Assembly: GCF_006345805.1 (NCBI RefSeq)
Contig: NC_042998.1
Coordinates: 28,520,001 to 28,584,000 of the forward strand
Direction of reading: 5' to 3'
Source: Octopus sinensis
Lineage: Eukaryota
Length of the DNA: 64,000 bases
In this document: one piece after another, positions 51,787-64,000 of the stretch
How the letters are laid out: every line of letters starts with the position of its first letter
How positions within the stretch are numbered: position 1 is the first letter of the stretch
The notes under the pieces: generated by a model
Told to the model about the DNA's origin: nothing
The model's database searches: none
Seen by the model: the letters and a program-made list of their open reading frames with translations, nothing else
Program-made: the position numbers and the translations under genes

Positions 51787-52188
51787 ATCTCTATAGATAT
51801 AAAGCTGAAGTTGTCTGTGTATGGGAGGTTTGGTAGCCTTCAACTAACACTATCTCCTCCGGGACCCTGTGGCGCAAGTTGACCAAAATTGAGAGTATGA
51901 TAGAAGAAGGCTTGCTCTTCCTTCCGTAGAAGAAAAAATTCAAATCGAACCATGTTAACACGAAAAATTATTTACATCAAAAAGGTGCTTTTTTTTTCTA
52001 TGAAAATCCCTATTGTTTACGATTTTTTGAGTGCTGTGTCGTCATTTTTCGGTGTATTTCAACCAGAAAAATGTTCACTTGAAGGGAATAACAAGCTACA
52101 TAATGCAAAATTTTTACTTTTCAAAAATTCCAATTCTAAAGGGTCTAAAAGAAAACAAGCCCGAGCAACGCTGGGCTATATTGTTAGT
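51787..52188 (-). mobile_element. non-autonomous Helitron/HINE-like element
   Basis: Reverse-complement termini matching 47404-47774. Confidence 0.6.
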
Positions 52189-52869
52189 TCAGACTAAAAA
52201 GCCGAAAACAGAACGAAAAAAAATTAGTTTCACGAAGACCTTTAAGAAAGAGTTTAAGAACATCATTCATCGATGAACTTGTCTGCTTTATGAAATCTGG
52301 GCTTAATGGCAATCAAGGAGATCACACAGTTACGTTTGTAGATAGGATGTTTAGGTGTTTTTATCTAAGTAGGGTAATAAGCGTTTTTAACCACTTGCAT
52401 GTATGTCTATACGATGCTTACATGCGCTTGATTGTATGTGCTTATATGTATGTGTGTATATGTCTCCGTGCTAACTGATATGGAACAAATGTTTCCCTGG
52501 AGAATTGAATAAATAATAAAATCCCTGTTTTTAATCAATGATGATAAATTTGGAAGAATTGCTTCCAGGAAGTCTGTTCAGACTTTAATTGTCGTTAGCT
52601 TTCTTAGACTGCAACTAGAGCGATAAAACTAATATTGTAGAATCCTTACAGAAAAATCTATAAGTTTCTATAGAAAGCAAACATGTGCTGGCAAACAATA
52701 GAACGATGAAACTAAGTCAATAACATCAACTATATGTGCAAAAGAGCTAATATTAACTCACACATACTGTTCATACAAGTCCACATTCTTTGGTACTTTC
52801 TGGTATAGTTATGTACATATGTACTGAGCGTGTACTAAACGCAATTTCATACTGCAGACTTGTGTGTGT

Positions 52870-52870
52870 C

Positions 52871-52906
<36 letters not shown>

Positions 52907-53500
52907 TGTATGTATGTATGTATGTATGTATGTATGTATGTATGTATGTATGTATGCATATATGTATGTATGTATGTATGTATGCATGTCATTATTCAGT
53001 TTATTTCAAGATTTCTTTCCAATAGAGAGAGAACCGACTTCTGACCTAAATCCAAGGTTCCTTCATTGGAATTTCAATATCAATGTATGTATGTATGTAT
53101 GTATGTATGTATGTATGTGTGAATGTATGTATGTATGTATGTATGTATGTATGTATGTATGCATGTGTGTATGTATGTATCTCATTATTCAGTTTATTTC
53201 AAGATTTCTTTCCAATAGAGAAAGAACCAACTTCTGACCTTGATCCAAGGTTCCTTCATTGGAATTTCAATATCACCAACAGTGTATGTATGTATGTGTG
53301 TATGTATGTCATTTTTCACTTTATTTCAAGGTTTCTTGCCAATAGAGAAAGAACCGGTTTCTGACCTTGATCCAAGGCTCCTTCATTGGAATTTAAATAT
53401 CAACAAGGTATTTTTGTTTGTTTGTATGTATGTATGTATGTATGTATGTATGTATGTATGTATGTATGTATGTATGTATGTATGTATGTATGTATGTGTG
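52870..53500 (-). repeat. (CATA)n tracts interleaved with three copies of a ~95-bp AATAAA-containing unit
   Basis: Units at 52989-53083, 53182-53282, 53309-53415. Confidence 0.88.
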
Positions 53501-53574
53501 CATGTGCAGATTTGTATGTTTTATATATGCATTCTCATGTATATAGTTACATATCTAGACATGTTCATATACAT

Positions 53575-53868
53575 TTAAATGATAAACTTCTGGAAAGTTT
53601 TACGGATTTTTACGGATATCCAGAGCTGTAGTCTTCGAATTAGCTTTCTCCTTTCTGGTTTTGCGAAGCTTATTTTCTCAAGATTGGTATTCAGGCAGTG
53701 TGTTACATATCCCAGTGCTCCAATAATTACACGTATAAACCTGAACTTGTAATCTGGATAGAGTAACTGCAGATTTCTCAGTAGTTCAGCGTAAGTGTTC
53801 TCTTTTTCACTGATCTTCAGCCTTATGTTAACATCCGCTGGGCAGGATAATTTCCACAACTGTGCACA
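53575..53868 (-). mobile_element. RLE endonuclease C-terminal fragment (distinct family)
   Basis: SCPADVNI..KENTY..VIIGALG. Confidence 0.75.
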
Positions 53869-53884
53869 GTTTCTCTTCTCTATC

Positions 53885-54548
53885 CCAAATACTGAAATCC
53901 TAATTATTGCTGCCCAGGATCAGGTATTGAATACCAACTCAGTGAAAAAGGGAGACATACCACACAAGTGCAACAAACCTCTGCAGAATGTGTGGGAAGA
54001 AGATCGAAAGTATGACCAGCGTTTGTGAAAGTTTTTGCGCAGTAAAAGTACAAGCGCAGACACGACAAAGTAGTTCAAAACCTTTACTGGTTACTATGCC
54101 GTAAGTATGGCTACGAGGTAACGGGTGCTTGGTACCCACATACCCCCGGAGAAGTTAATGGATGAAAAGGAGAAGGCAAAAATCCTCTGAGACTTTGACT
54201 TTCAGACAGACAAGGTGTTAGAGTACCGAAAGACGAGTATAGTAACCTTTAGGAAAGACAAACAAGAGCGTCTAGTAACTGATGTGGCAGCGCTGGGAGA
54301 TCAACACATTTTCATGAAAAAAAAAAAAGAGAGAAGGCCTGAGAATTGAGATTGCTAAGATGTGGCTGCTACGAGAATAAAACATAAAGGTTGTCCCTAT
54401 TGTCATCGGAGTATTGGGTTCGCATATAGCGAAATGTATTGTCTGTCTGAGGTCCTTGTTATGACTTGACAGAGAGTACACAACCCTGGTAGACACAATT
54501 TCTTCAATGAACAAATTCATGATATTGGATAATGTGCGACGTCTTAAA
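53885..54548 (+). mobile_element. decayed RLE LINE 3' fragment
   Basis: IIAAQDQ, CRMC, KRRHDKV, DFDFQTD, VIGVLG; ends in (AAT)n. Confidence 0.75.
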
Positions 54549-54556
54549 TAATAATG

Positions 54557-54608
<52 letters not shown>

Positions 54609-54778
54609 TAACAATAACACTAACACTAACAATAACAATAACAATAACAATAATAATAATGATAATAATAATAATAACAATAACAACAACAACAACAATA
54701 ATAACAATAACAACAACAACAACAACAACAACAACAATAACAATAAGAATAACAATAACAATAATAATAATAATAATA

Positions 54779-54810
<32 letters not shown>

Positions 54811-54811
54811 T
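54549..54811. repeat. (AAT)/(AAC) trinucleotide array
   Basis: Direct reading. Confidence 0.95.
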
Positions 54812-55405
54812 AGTCTATGGCAGAAATGAGGCAGAAAATCCTGAATACGCTTGAAGTTGTAAGACATACAAGTATGAATGATAGAGAACCACTTCATAAA
54901 CTCTCAAATACAAACCAAAATAAAAAACAAATCCAAATTGGCAACTATGTAACAAATGAAATAATACAAGAATTAAAACCTGATTTTACTGAGTTAAATG
55001 AAATTATTTACGCTTCTGCTAGGGCAATTGAAACCAGCTGTATGCCCCCGAAAAAACAAAGAAAACCAAACCTGGGAAGAAATCAAACCTGGAGAAGTAA
55101 AATTGAAAAAGAGATTGAATTTATGAGAGGGGAAATATCAATATTAAATGAACTAATATGTGGAAATGATGTAAGATCCAGAACAGGAAGAAAGATGAAG
55201 AGAAAATTTGGATCCTCATCAAGAGAAGAACTGATATCAATAAAAGAAACGCTGAAACAAAAAGTCCAAGCAAAAGCCCAAAGAATACGAAGATTTGAGA
55301 AGAGAAACAAGTTTTACAAGCAAAATAAGCTGTTCACATCCAATGCCAAAAAATTCTACAGAGAAATATGGAAGGAGAAAGTAACCGTTAAAGACCCCCC
55401 CTCCC

Positions 55406-57151
55406 ATGGAAGAAGTTCAAAACTTTTGGAAAAGGATTTGGAGTGACCAGAAGACGTACAACATAAATGCAGACTGGATTATACAAACTGAAGGATCCTA
55501 CCAAAATTTACAACAACAAGCATGGGAAGACATCACAATAGCAGACCTAAGAAAGGCACTCACGAAGGCCCATAATTGGAAATCCCCCGGTAAAGATAGG
55601 GTGCCGAATTTCTGGCTCGCATCGCTCCCATGCGCACACGGTAAGCTAGTTCAGCTGCTCAATGGAATTATGAGAGACCCAAAGAAAACACCTGAATGGT
55701 TAGCAAGTGGCATTACTTACCTACTCCCAAAGAATAACGAAACCAACCTTCAAAAAAACTATCGGCCTATAACCTGTATATCCACCACGTATAAAGTCCT
55801 AACATCTATCCTGACGGAGAAAACATATGCATTCATGGAGAAGAACGATATTTTCCCCATTGAACAAAAAGGGTGCCGCCGAGGCTCTTACGGATGCAAA
55901 GATCAACTGCTAATCAATCGTATGATCCTTGAGAACTGTCACAACAAGCGCAGAAATCTCAGCTCCGCATGGATTGACTATAAAAAGGCCTTCGACAGTA
56001 TACCGCATCCATGGATCTTGAGATCGCTGGACATCTTCAAAATTTCCCCTGTGATTTCAAACTTCCTGAAGCACAATATGTCGTTGTGGAATACGAATCT
56101 CCAATTATGCCACTCTAATGGAGTACTTGCCTCAGAAAATATAAACATCAATTGTGGAATTTTTCAAGGTGACTCACTTTCACCTTTAATATTCTGCATA
56201 GCCCTAATACCCCTTACAAGTGAATTAAACAGAACAGGGTATGGGTATAAAATTGCCAATAAAAAAATAAGCCATCTATTTTATATGGATGACTTAAAAC
56301 TTTATGGTAAAGACAATAATGAACTTGAAGGCCTATTGTGCACTGTGAAAGCATTCAGCGATGACATCGGGATGGAGTTTGGACTTGAGAAGTGTGCCAA
56401 GGCCACTTTCCAGAAAGGGAATGTGAAGACCACAAATTCAATCGTGTTAGATGTTGACACAGTCATAAGAGGGCTTGAGCAAGAACAAGCATACAAATAT
56501 TTAGGGATAAATGAAGGCTCTGGTATTCAGCATGCAAGCATGAAAGAGAAGATCAGGAAGGAATGTTATAGGAGAGTTCGTGCAGTCCTGAAATCTGAAC
56601 TAAATGCACGTAACAAGGTGTTAGCTATAAATTCCTTAGCAGTTCCAGTTGTTACTTATAGCTACAATGTGTTGAACTGGAATATGAGTGAAGTAAAGAA
56701 TATAGATAGGAAAATACGCAAGCTGCTGAGTTGTAATAGGATGCACCACCCAAAGGTAGACGTAGATCGCCTTTACCTTCCCAGAGCCCAAGGAGGTCGA
56801 GGCCTGATCCAATTTGAACTAGCTTACAAAACAACCACAATTGGACTGGCCAAATATCTCGAAATAACGAATGACTGGATGCTAAAGCTCGTGGAAAATC
56901 ACGAGAGAAGAAAGAAGCTTCATTCTATCATAAAGGAAAGCAAAAAATTTGCTATTGATCTCGTGCAGGATACCCAAACTGAACAACCCGAGGGAAGTAC
57001 GGCAACTATTGTTGTAAAGAAGGTGAAAATAATGGCAACGAAAAAACCGCACGAGCAATTGTCTGATAGATGGGAGGAGAAACCTCTGCACGGCAAATAT
57101 GTGACTTGCAGCAAACAAGCTGATGTTGACCAGAAGCAAACCCATCAGTGA
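55406..57151 (+). pseudogene. reverse transcriptase domain, 581 aa open
   Basis: ORF track; ends at TGA where W is expected. Confidence 0.9.
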
Positions 57152-57241
57152 CTACGGAGCTCAGGGCTAAAAGCAGAGAGCGAAGGTTTCATCCTGGCTG
57201 CTCAAGATCAAAGCCTATTAACCCGGAACTACCAGGCCAAT

Positions 57242-57835
57242 GTGATGAAAAATGGAGCAGATCCAAAATGCCGATTCTGCAACGACATGATTGAAACAGT
57301 GGACCACCTAATCTCTGGATGTAAAGTCTTAGCACCAGTGGAGTATAAATTAAGACATGACAGAGTTGGCCAATATCTACACTGGCTAATAAGTCGGCAT
57401 TACAATATCAAAACTGCCGACAAGTGGTATAATCACCACCCTGAGGCTGTAACTGAAGGAGAAAATGTAAACATTCTGTGGGACTTTCCAGTACATACAG
57501 ACCGAACCATCAAGGCCAATAAACCAGATATTGTAGTGAAAGACCAAAACAATAAAGTTTGCTTATTGATCGACATGAACATCCCCTGTGACCATAATAT
57601 CTCAGCGAAAGAGTTTGACAAGCTCAGAAAATATAAAGACCTACTCATTGAAATTGAGAAAATGTGGCATCTCAAGGCGGTTACAATACCAGTGATCGTA
57701 GGAGCACTAGGAATGATCAAGAAGGGAACCGAAAATTATATGAGAATGATCCCTGGCTTACCATCCCTGCAAGAAGTGCAAAAGATTGTCTTAACTGGTA
57801 CATCACACGTATTGAGAAGAGCATTGTCGATGTGA
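57242..57835 (+). pseudogene. CCHC knuckle plus restriction-like endonuclease domain
   Basis: ORF track; in frame with the RT ORF. Confidence 0.88.
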
Positions 57836-58029
57836 GAACTGTTGCTGCTCATGTATTTTAATTTAAATTAAAAAAATAATAATAAAAAAAAAATGAACGA
57901 ACTATTGAGTTTGGTTTAATGGCCTACCAATGTATACTATGAGTTTCTTTGCCCTAGGAGTCGGGAAGACACTCGGCAAGAAATGGAAGCAAATTTGAAA
58001 GAAGAAAAAAATTAATAATAATAATAATA

Positions 58030-58079
<50 letters not shown>

Positions 58080-58084
58080 GTAAA

Positions 58085-58615
58085 TGCTCTGATGCAGTAC
58101 CAGTCAGTGGCTCTCATAGCTTCTAAATCTTAACTGATTGGAAGTGTTATCATGTACATTGTTTTGTCTTGGTATAAAAGATGGGCTACAGCAAATATTC
58201 TGCTCAATACCACAGATTTGCATGTCAGTTGTTTGACCATAACCAGTTGAGCATGTCCCTTAGTGGCTGACGATATGTGCATCTCTGATCACGAGCAGAA
58301 GTAGTGGGGGAGCATCTTTGGGGTTTGAATAATTCAACTTTGGAAACATGGGTGGTTCGTTCCACATCCATAAACAATCCTTATTCAGGGACCTTTGGAG
58401 CGGGATGGGTTACTCGACCAGAAGAAAATTCTAACTGGGCCCCACCTACAAGGTCATGTGCTGTTTATCTTGATATGAGATCACCATGTCGCGCACATAT
58501 GGTTGTGATGCATGTGCCTATGGTACCCTTATCAGACGGGTAGTCATGATGGGTATACTGGGCTTCGTATATTTTACCCCAGTGTCACTTTGATGGCATG
58601 CACTGCTCTCTCACT
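58085..58615 (-). mobile_element. ~530-bp non-coding element between (TTA)n tracts
   Basis: 58085-58300 matches 23590-23830. Confidence 0.7.
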
Positions 58616-58616
58616 C

Positions 58617-58668
<52 letters not shown>

Positions 58669-58696
58669 TAATAATAATAATAATAATAACGATGAT

Positions 58697-58905
58697 GATG
58701 GTTTCAAATTTTGCTACAAGGGCAGCAGGTTTGCGGGAGGGGATGGGTCGATTACGTCGACCCCAGTGCTCAACTGGTACTTTATTTATCGACCCTGAAA
58801 GGATGAAATGCAAAGCTGATCTAGGTAGAGTTTGAACTCAGAACATAAAGACGGACGAAATACCCACGAAGCACTTAGACCGGCGTTGTCGATTCTGTCA
58901 GCACG
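58697..58905 (-). mobile_element. SINE A, diverged
   Basis: Family A body. Confidence 0.75.
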
Positions 58906-59032
58906 CCGTTTATGTATATAGATAAACATATATATTTATACACATACACACACACACACAAACACGCATACACACACACACACGCATATATATATATAAG
59001 TTTATGAATACAGATTTGTGTGTATATAAATA

Positions 59033-59075
<43 letters not shown>

Positions 59076-59085
59076 TATATATATA

Positions 59086-59131
<46 letters not shown>

Positions 59132-59197
59132 TTATGTATATAGTTTTGAGTATATATATACATATATATATATGCATACGTACATGCAATATGACTG

Positions 59198-59242
<45 letters not shown>

Positions 59243-60115
59243 GTGCACAAATGCACACCCAGATATCGTGTTTGACGATGAATACCATCGTATAATCAAT
59301 CATACGAAAATGCTTCCTGCGTCTGAACGACGTCCAAAGATGAAGAGCGAGATTTGAGCAACAGAACTTGTTCCATTATTCTTTTCATTGTTTAGTTCCA
59401 GACTAAAGACCGGAAACTGTTTAATGCCATTGTTTCTCTGACTCTTTCTCTATGTCTAATCTTCATCTTTCCTCTGACATTCCATCCGTGACCATCTTAT
59501 TTCCTCTTTTTTTATGGTATTATGTCTAGGACAACGTTATTTATTATTCGTATTTCTGCATTTAAACAACAGCACTGAATAATTTGAAAGAGAATTGGCT
59601 GCGGCTTCTAACACATCAAGGAACCGAGTAGAGACCTCTTTGTTTGGAAGAAGCTTGTTTTGCTATTTTTCCTGTCATCGTCAACGTAGTCGTTGTATTC
59701 TATTTCTATAGATCATCTCTGGTTGAGCTCATTTATAATCAAACGTTTCACATGCGTGAGCCCATAGCTTTATTCTTCAAGCATAATATACCTAGGCGAG
59801 AATAATTGAACGTATATACTGCCTTGGAATTATAAGGCGCTGTTAGACAAAGATTTAACTAATATTTCTAACAGATTCAACAGCTACTTAGAAGTCCCCT
59901 TCGTTGGGACTTTGCTGGTTCGCCAGGCATTTAATTATACTCCTATAAGATCGGAGTTCAAATCACACAGAAGATCAATCAATCTAAGTCGTTTGTTTAT
60001 TTAAGCGGAGATTTTAACCTCTTCTACTCTTTCTAGTTTTGCATTTCACGCTAAAAAGAAAGTACCTTCGAAATATTGTGTCGAACATCAAAGATTTAAA
60101 TCAGCAATTTTTATT

Positions 60116-60331
60116 TTGTTGTATTTAGGAATGGTCATTTTGCCAGTTTAGCCAATAAAATCACACGCACTATATATCTGGTGTTACTTTGCTTCAGCGT
60201 TATTTATTTTTTACATTAATCTTAATCTTATTTCGGCCAGAGTTCTTTCGTCACACTCCTGTGACCGCATCAGTGGTCCTTTGCTTTCTTATTGGTTAAA
60301 CTGGCAAAATGACCATTCTTAAATACAACAA
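60116..60331 (-). mobile_element. 216-bp element with 43-bp terminal inverted repeats and an internal hammerhead-like motif
   Basis: Inverted repeats 60116-60158 / 60289-60331. Confidence 0.75.
60237..60276 (-). ncRNA. hammerhead-like motif
   Basis: CCA-CUGAUGC-G-GUCAC-AGGAGU-GUGAC-GAA-AG-AA-CU-C-UGG. Confidence 0.55.
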
Positions 60332-60523
60332 TATCTGTTTCAACACACGATTTCACATCAAAATTCTTGCAAAACAAATATATAAACGTAAATTTTTATT
60401 TTATTTTATTTTATTATAAATAGAGTCAAATTAAGGTGATGAGATTCGTAATGTCTGCCCGTGTACGAAATATAAAAGGCAATTCTAGGGGACATAAATT
60501 TATTTTGTTTGTATTTTAAGTAT

Positions 60524-61029
60524 ACTAGCAGAGAAACCCGGCGTTGCCCGTGTTAAATACAATTGAAGAATTAGACTTTTCTGTTATATTTTCTCTAATG
60601 AACTGGAATACCTATGTTTCGAATTTTATCAAAATTGCATATGAGGGATATTTCCCTCTTTACACACCCACCAAAAATTGTAATCGTGCCACATATATCC
60701 CATACTACTGATTTTTATGCGCATATTCCAAAATTCCAGTCTTATTGAACCTGTTAAAAAGATTTTGCTCCTGAAAAATGAAGGTGATGGAGCTCTAAAA
60801 TGTGAGAGTTAAGGCCCCTGTTGGGGTTGGCATCTTAATGTCAACCAGAGAAGTTGAATTGTTGAGAATCTTTTTAAGTTGGGTCTTATATCTATTGTTT
60901 GCCCATGACACTCCCTGGACCCTAAGTAAGGCATGTGTAAAATTTGAATGAAATTGGTTGTGTAGTTCTCAAGTTTTAGGGATTCACACAGACAGACACA
61001 CACACATTCTCAGTTTTATATATATAGAT
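60524..61029 (+). mobile_element. non-autonomous Helitron/HINE-like element
   Basis: actagc..cccggcgttgcccg start; acagacagac..ttttatatatatagat end. Confidence 0.62.
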
Positions 61030-61384
61030 AAATATATTTCGCCTGTAACTAAAGTGCAATATCAATGCATCAGTTTCTATCATATTTCAGACTCCTAATC
61101 TGATGTTTAGCTTACAAAGGCCCGAATTGATGTGACATTTTAAGGCACAAAAATTGCAAAATTTTAGTTATAAAATCCACGCATAAACGCTAAAAATGAA
61201 CTAAAATAGATATTAGGGAAACGCTGGGGGTTGATAAAATTGAGTATATCCCTACCCTCGGAAATGGGTGATTTGTTCCCATCCAAAAAATAAATAAATA
61301 AATAAATAAAATAATAAAAAGCTTTTTCTGATTTAGGCAGAAATTCAACGATTTTGAAGGGAGAGTATTTGTCGTTGCCATATT

Positions 61385-61598
61385 TTTCGTTTGTGTGTTT
61401 GTGTTTGTCCCCCCTCCACCATCGCTTGACATGTTGGTGTGTTTACGTCCCCGCAACTTAGCGGTTCGGGAAAATAGACCGATAGGATAAGTACTAAGCT
61501 TACAAGGAATAAGTCCTGTGATGTCAATATGTTCGCCTAAAGGTGGTGCTCCAGCATAGCCGCAGTCAAATGACTGAAGCAAGTAAAAGAATAAAAGA
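61385..61598 (+). mobile_element. SINE B 3' half
   Basis: Family B tail. Confidence 0.8.
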
Positions 61599-61667
61599 AT
61601 GTCTGTGTGTGTGTATACATGTATATATGTATATATATATATATATATGTGAATATCTATATCCATC

Positions 61668-62291
<624 letters not shown>

Positions 62292-62821
62292 TTATATTGG
62301 TAGATAGATATAAAGATTGATAGATACGTGGATAGACAGGTGGAGAGAGAGAGAGAGGAACAGACAGATAGACAGACAGACAGACAGACAGATTCCTTTG
62401 TACTTTCAATCTATTTATTTATGAATATTTTTTCGAGTTTGTAGGCGTATGAATCATTGTCTGCGATAAATATAAACACCATCTTCATCGCAGACAAGAT
62501 GCGAAATTTTCAATGTCTTGTGTTTTGAGACATGAAATTTTCAATTTCTTGTGTTTTGAGACATGTCACATTTAATCAGAATTCGCTGAAGAAACCATTT
62601 ACAGCATCAACAATCGTGACTGAGGACTTTCAAATTCTTTTATCATCATGCAAGTTGTTGTTTATCACTCATTAACATAATGATACTTTCTACTATAGTC
62701 ACAAGGCCTGAAATTTTGTGTGGGGGGGGGTGTTTATTGGATCAACCCCAGAGTTCAACTGATACTTACTTTCTTGACCCAGACATGATGAACGACAAAG
62801 TCGCTCTCGGCATAACTGAAA

Positions 62822-63165
62822 CAATGGGAGACCCCCTTCGGTCATGAATGACCATGGGATTGCACCTAGAAAGTTACCTTCCGAGGTACAAGTCCGGGCA
62901 AGGTTGTTTATGGAAGACTAACATTCACCCATGCATACCAGCCTCCCATCTCCACGCCACCGATGTTATCCAAGGGAAAGGCAAAGGGGCCGATACAGAT
63001 TGGCACCAGTGACGTCGCAACTCATTTCTACAGCTGAGTGAACTGGAGCAACGTGAAATAAAGTGTCTTGCTCAAGAACACAACACACAGCCCGGTCCGG
63101 GAATCGAACTCACAACCTTACGATCGTAAGCTCGATGCTCTAACCACTGAGCCATGCACCTTCAC
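62822..63165 (-). mobile_element. SINE family C variant
   Basis: tRNA head TGGCTCAGTGG..GAGTTCGATTCC; central domain shared with 49728-49968, different tail. Confidence 0.78.
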
Positions 63166-63582
63166 AACTCAAACAATATTAGGCAATTATTGACAACATA
63201 TCACGATATTGGCAAGACATCAGCAACTGGAGACTTCACCGGCGATTTAAGATTTATTGTGACTGAACAAGGGTGTATATAATGCAGGCCTCAGTGATTT
63301 CCAATATCTTCATGTCTAAGTATTTTTCTCTATATAAATATTCCATGTTTGTTTGGCACCCGTTTCTCATAGTTATGTCAAATTATATATTGTTTACATT
63401 TTGGTGAAATTCCAGATGATTATTATTTAGGTTCTCAAGAAATATCACGCTTTCCAGATTACGTAACACTCGTACTAATTAATGTTTATTTTGAAAATGA
63501 CTTAGTTGGAATACGTTTTATTTAGTTCGACTGTTCGTTTTTGCTTTGAATGGTACCATTACCATTTATGTTATTATTCATA

Positions 63583-64000
63583 CTAGGTGGTATCAAAAGA
63601 TTCCTGGAATAGTTATGTTTAGCCGCCCCCCCCCAAAAAAAAATCAACTTATTTACCTAAGTTTTAGCATCATCTTCGAAATAGTCGCCTTGTTCAGCAA
63701 TACACCGATCCCAGCGTTCCTGCCACTTTTGGAATCCGGCCTGAAAGTCGTTAGGGTTAGGGTTTTCCGTAAGCGAGTAGAGGACCTTTTGCGATTCGCT
63801 CTTGATCTCTACAACGGTATTAAAACGGCAACCTTTGAGCTGCATTTTTGTTTTCGGGAAGAGATGGACGTTCGCAGATGCTAAACCTGGTGAATAGGGT
63901 ACATGCGGAAGCGATGCCATGTTGTTTTTGGCGAGAAACTCTTGAGTGAGGACAGCTGAGTGACAGGGTGCGCCTTTGTCGTGAAGAATTCAGTTCTTCT
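63583..64000 (-). mobile_element. mariner transposon 3' part (runs off the window)
   Basis: PYSPGLASAN..FPK..FQKWQERWDRCI..GDYFE; terminus ta|ctaggtggtatcaaaa. Confidence 0.85.

Larger units (their letters stand above)
54812..58012 (+). mobile_element. 3.2-kb RLE non-LTR retrotransposon (R4/Dong-like) between (AAT)n tracts
   Basis: RT motifs YRPITC, WIDYKKAFDS, QGDSLSP, YMDD; CCHC CRFC..HLISGC; RHD, KPDIV, LIDM, KYKDL; one frameshift (~55400) and one stop (57149-57151). Confidence 0.95.

Overview
AT-rich, repeat-saturated animal genomic DNA. The SINE families and microsatellite load resemble octopus/cephalopod genomes (inference from memory, not a search). I could not identify any host-gene exon with confidence, and most ORFs in the track are microsatellite or SINE artefacts. 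Recognisable content: four tRNA-headed SINE families (labelled A-D here, about 35 copies), several restriction-like-endonuclease (R4/Dong-type) LINE copies sitting in (TAA)n or (CATA)n, a Tx1/L1-clade LINE in (GATA)n, an RTE RT relic, four decayed Tc1/mariner elements, hAT and mariner MITEs, three Helitron/HINE-like elements, and several mini- and microsatellites. Best candidate for an unusual system: a ~555-bp tandem array (7565-11098) with an internal strand switch, in which each unit carries a minimal type-I hammerhead-ribozyme-like fold (CUGAUGA...GAA-ACGUACGU-U, palindromic stem III). At least six other, mutually unrelated short elements (most embedded in (TA)n, two flanked by inverted repeats, one with a tRNA-like Pol III head) carry hammerhead-like motifs with the same variant layout. 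This points to a family of Penelope-derived or retrozyme-like non-autonomous elements. Ribozyme activity is untested, and coordinates of decayed elements are approximate.
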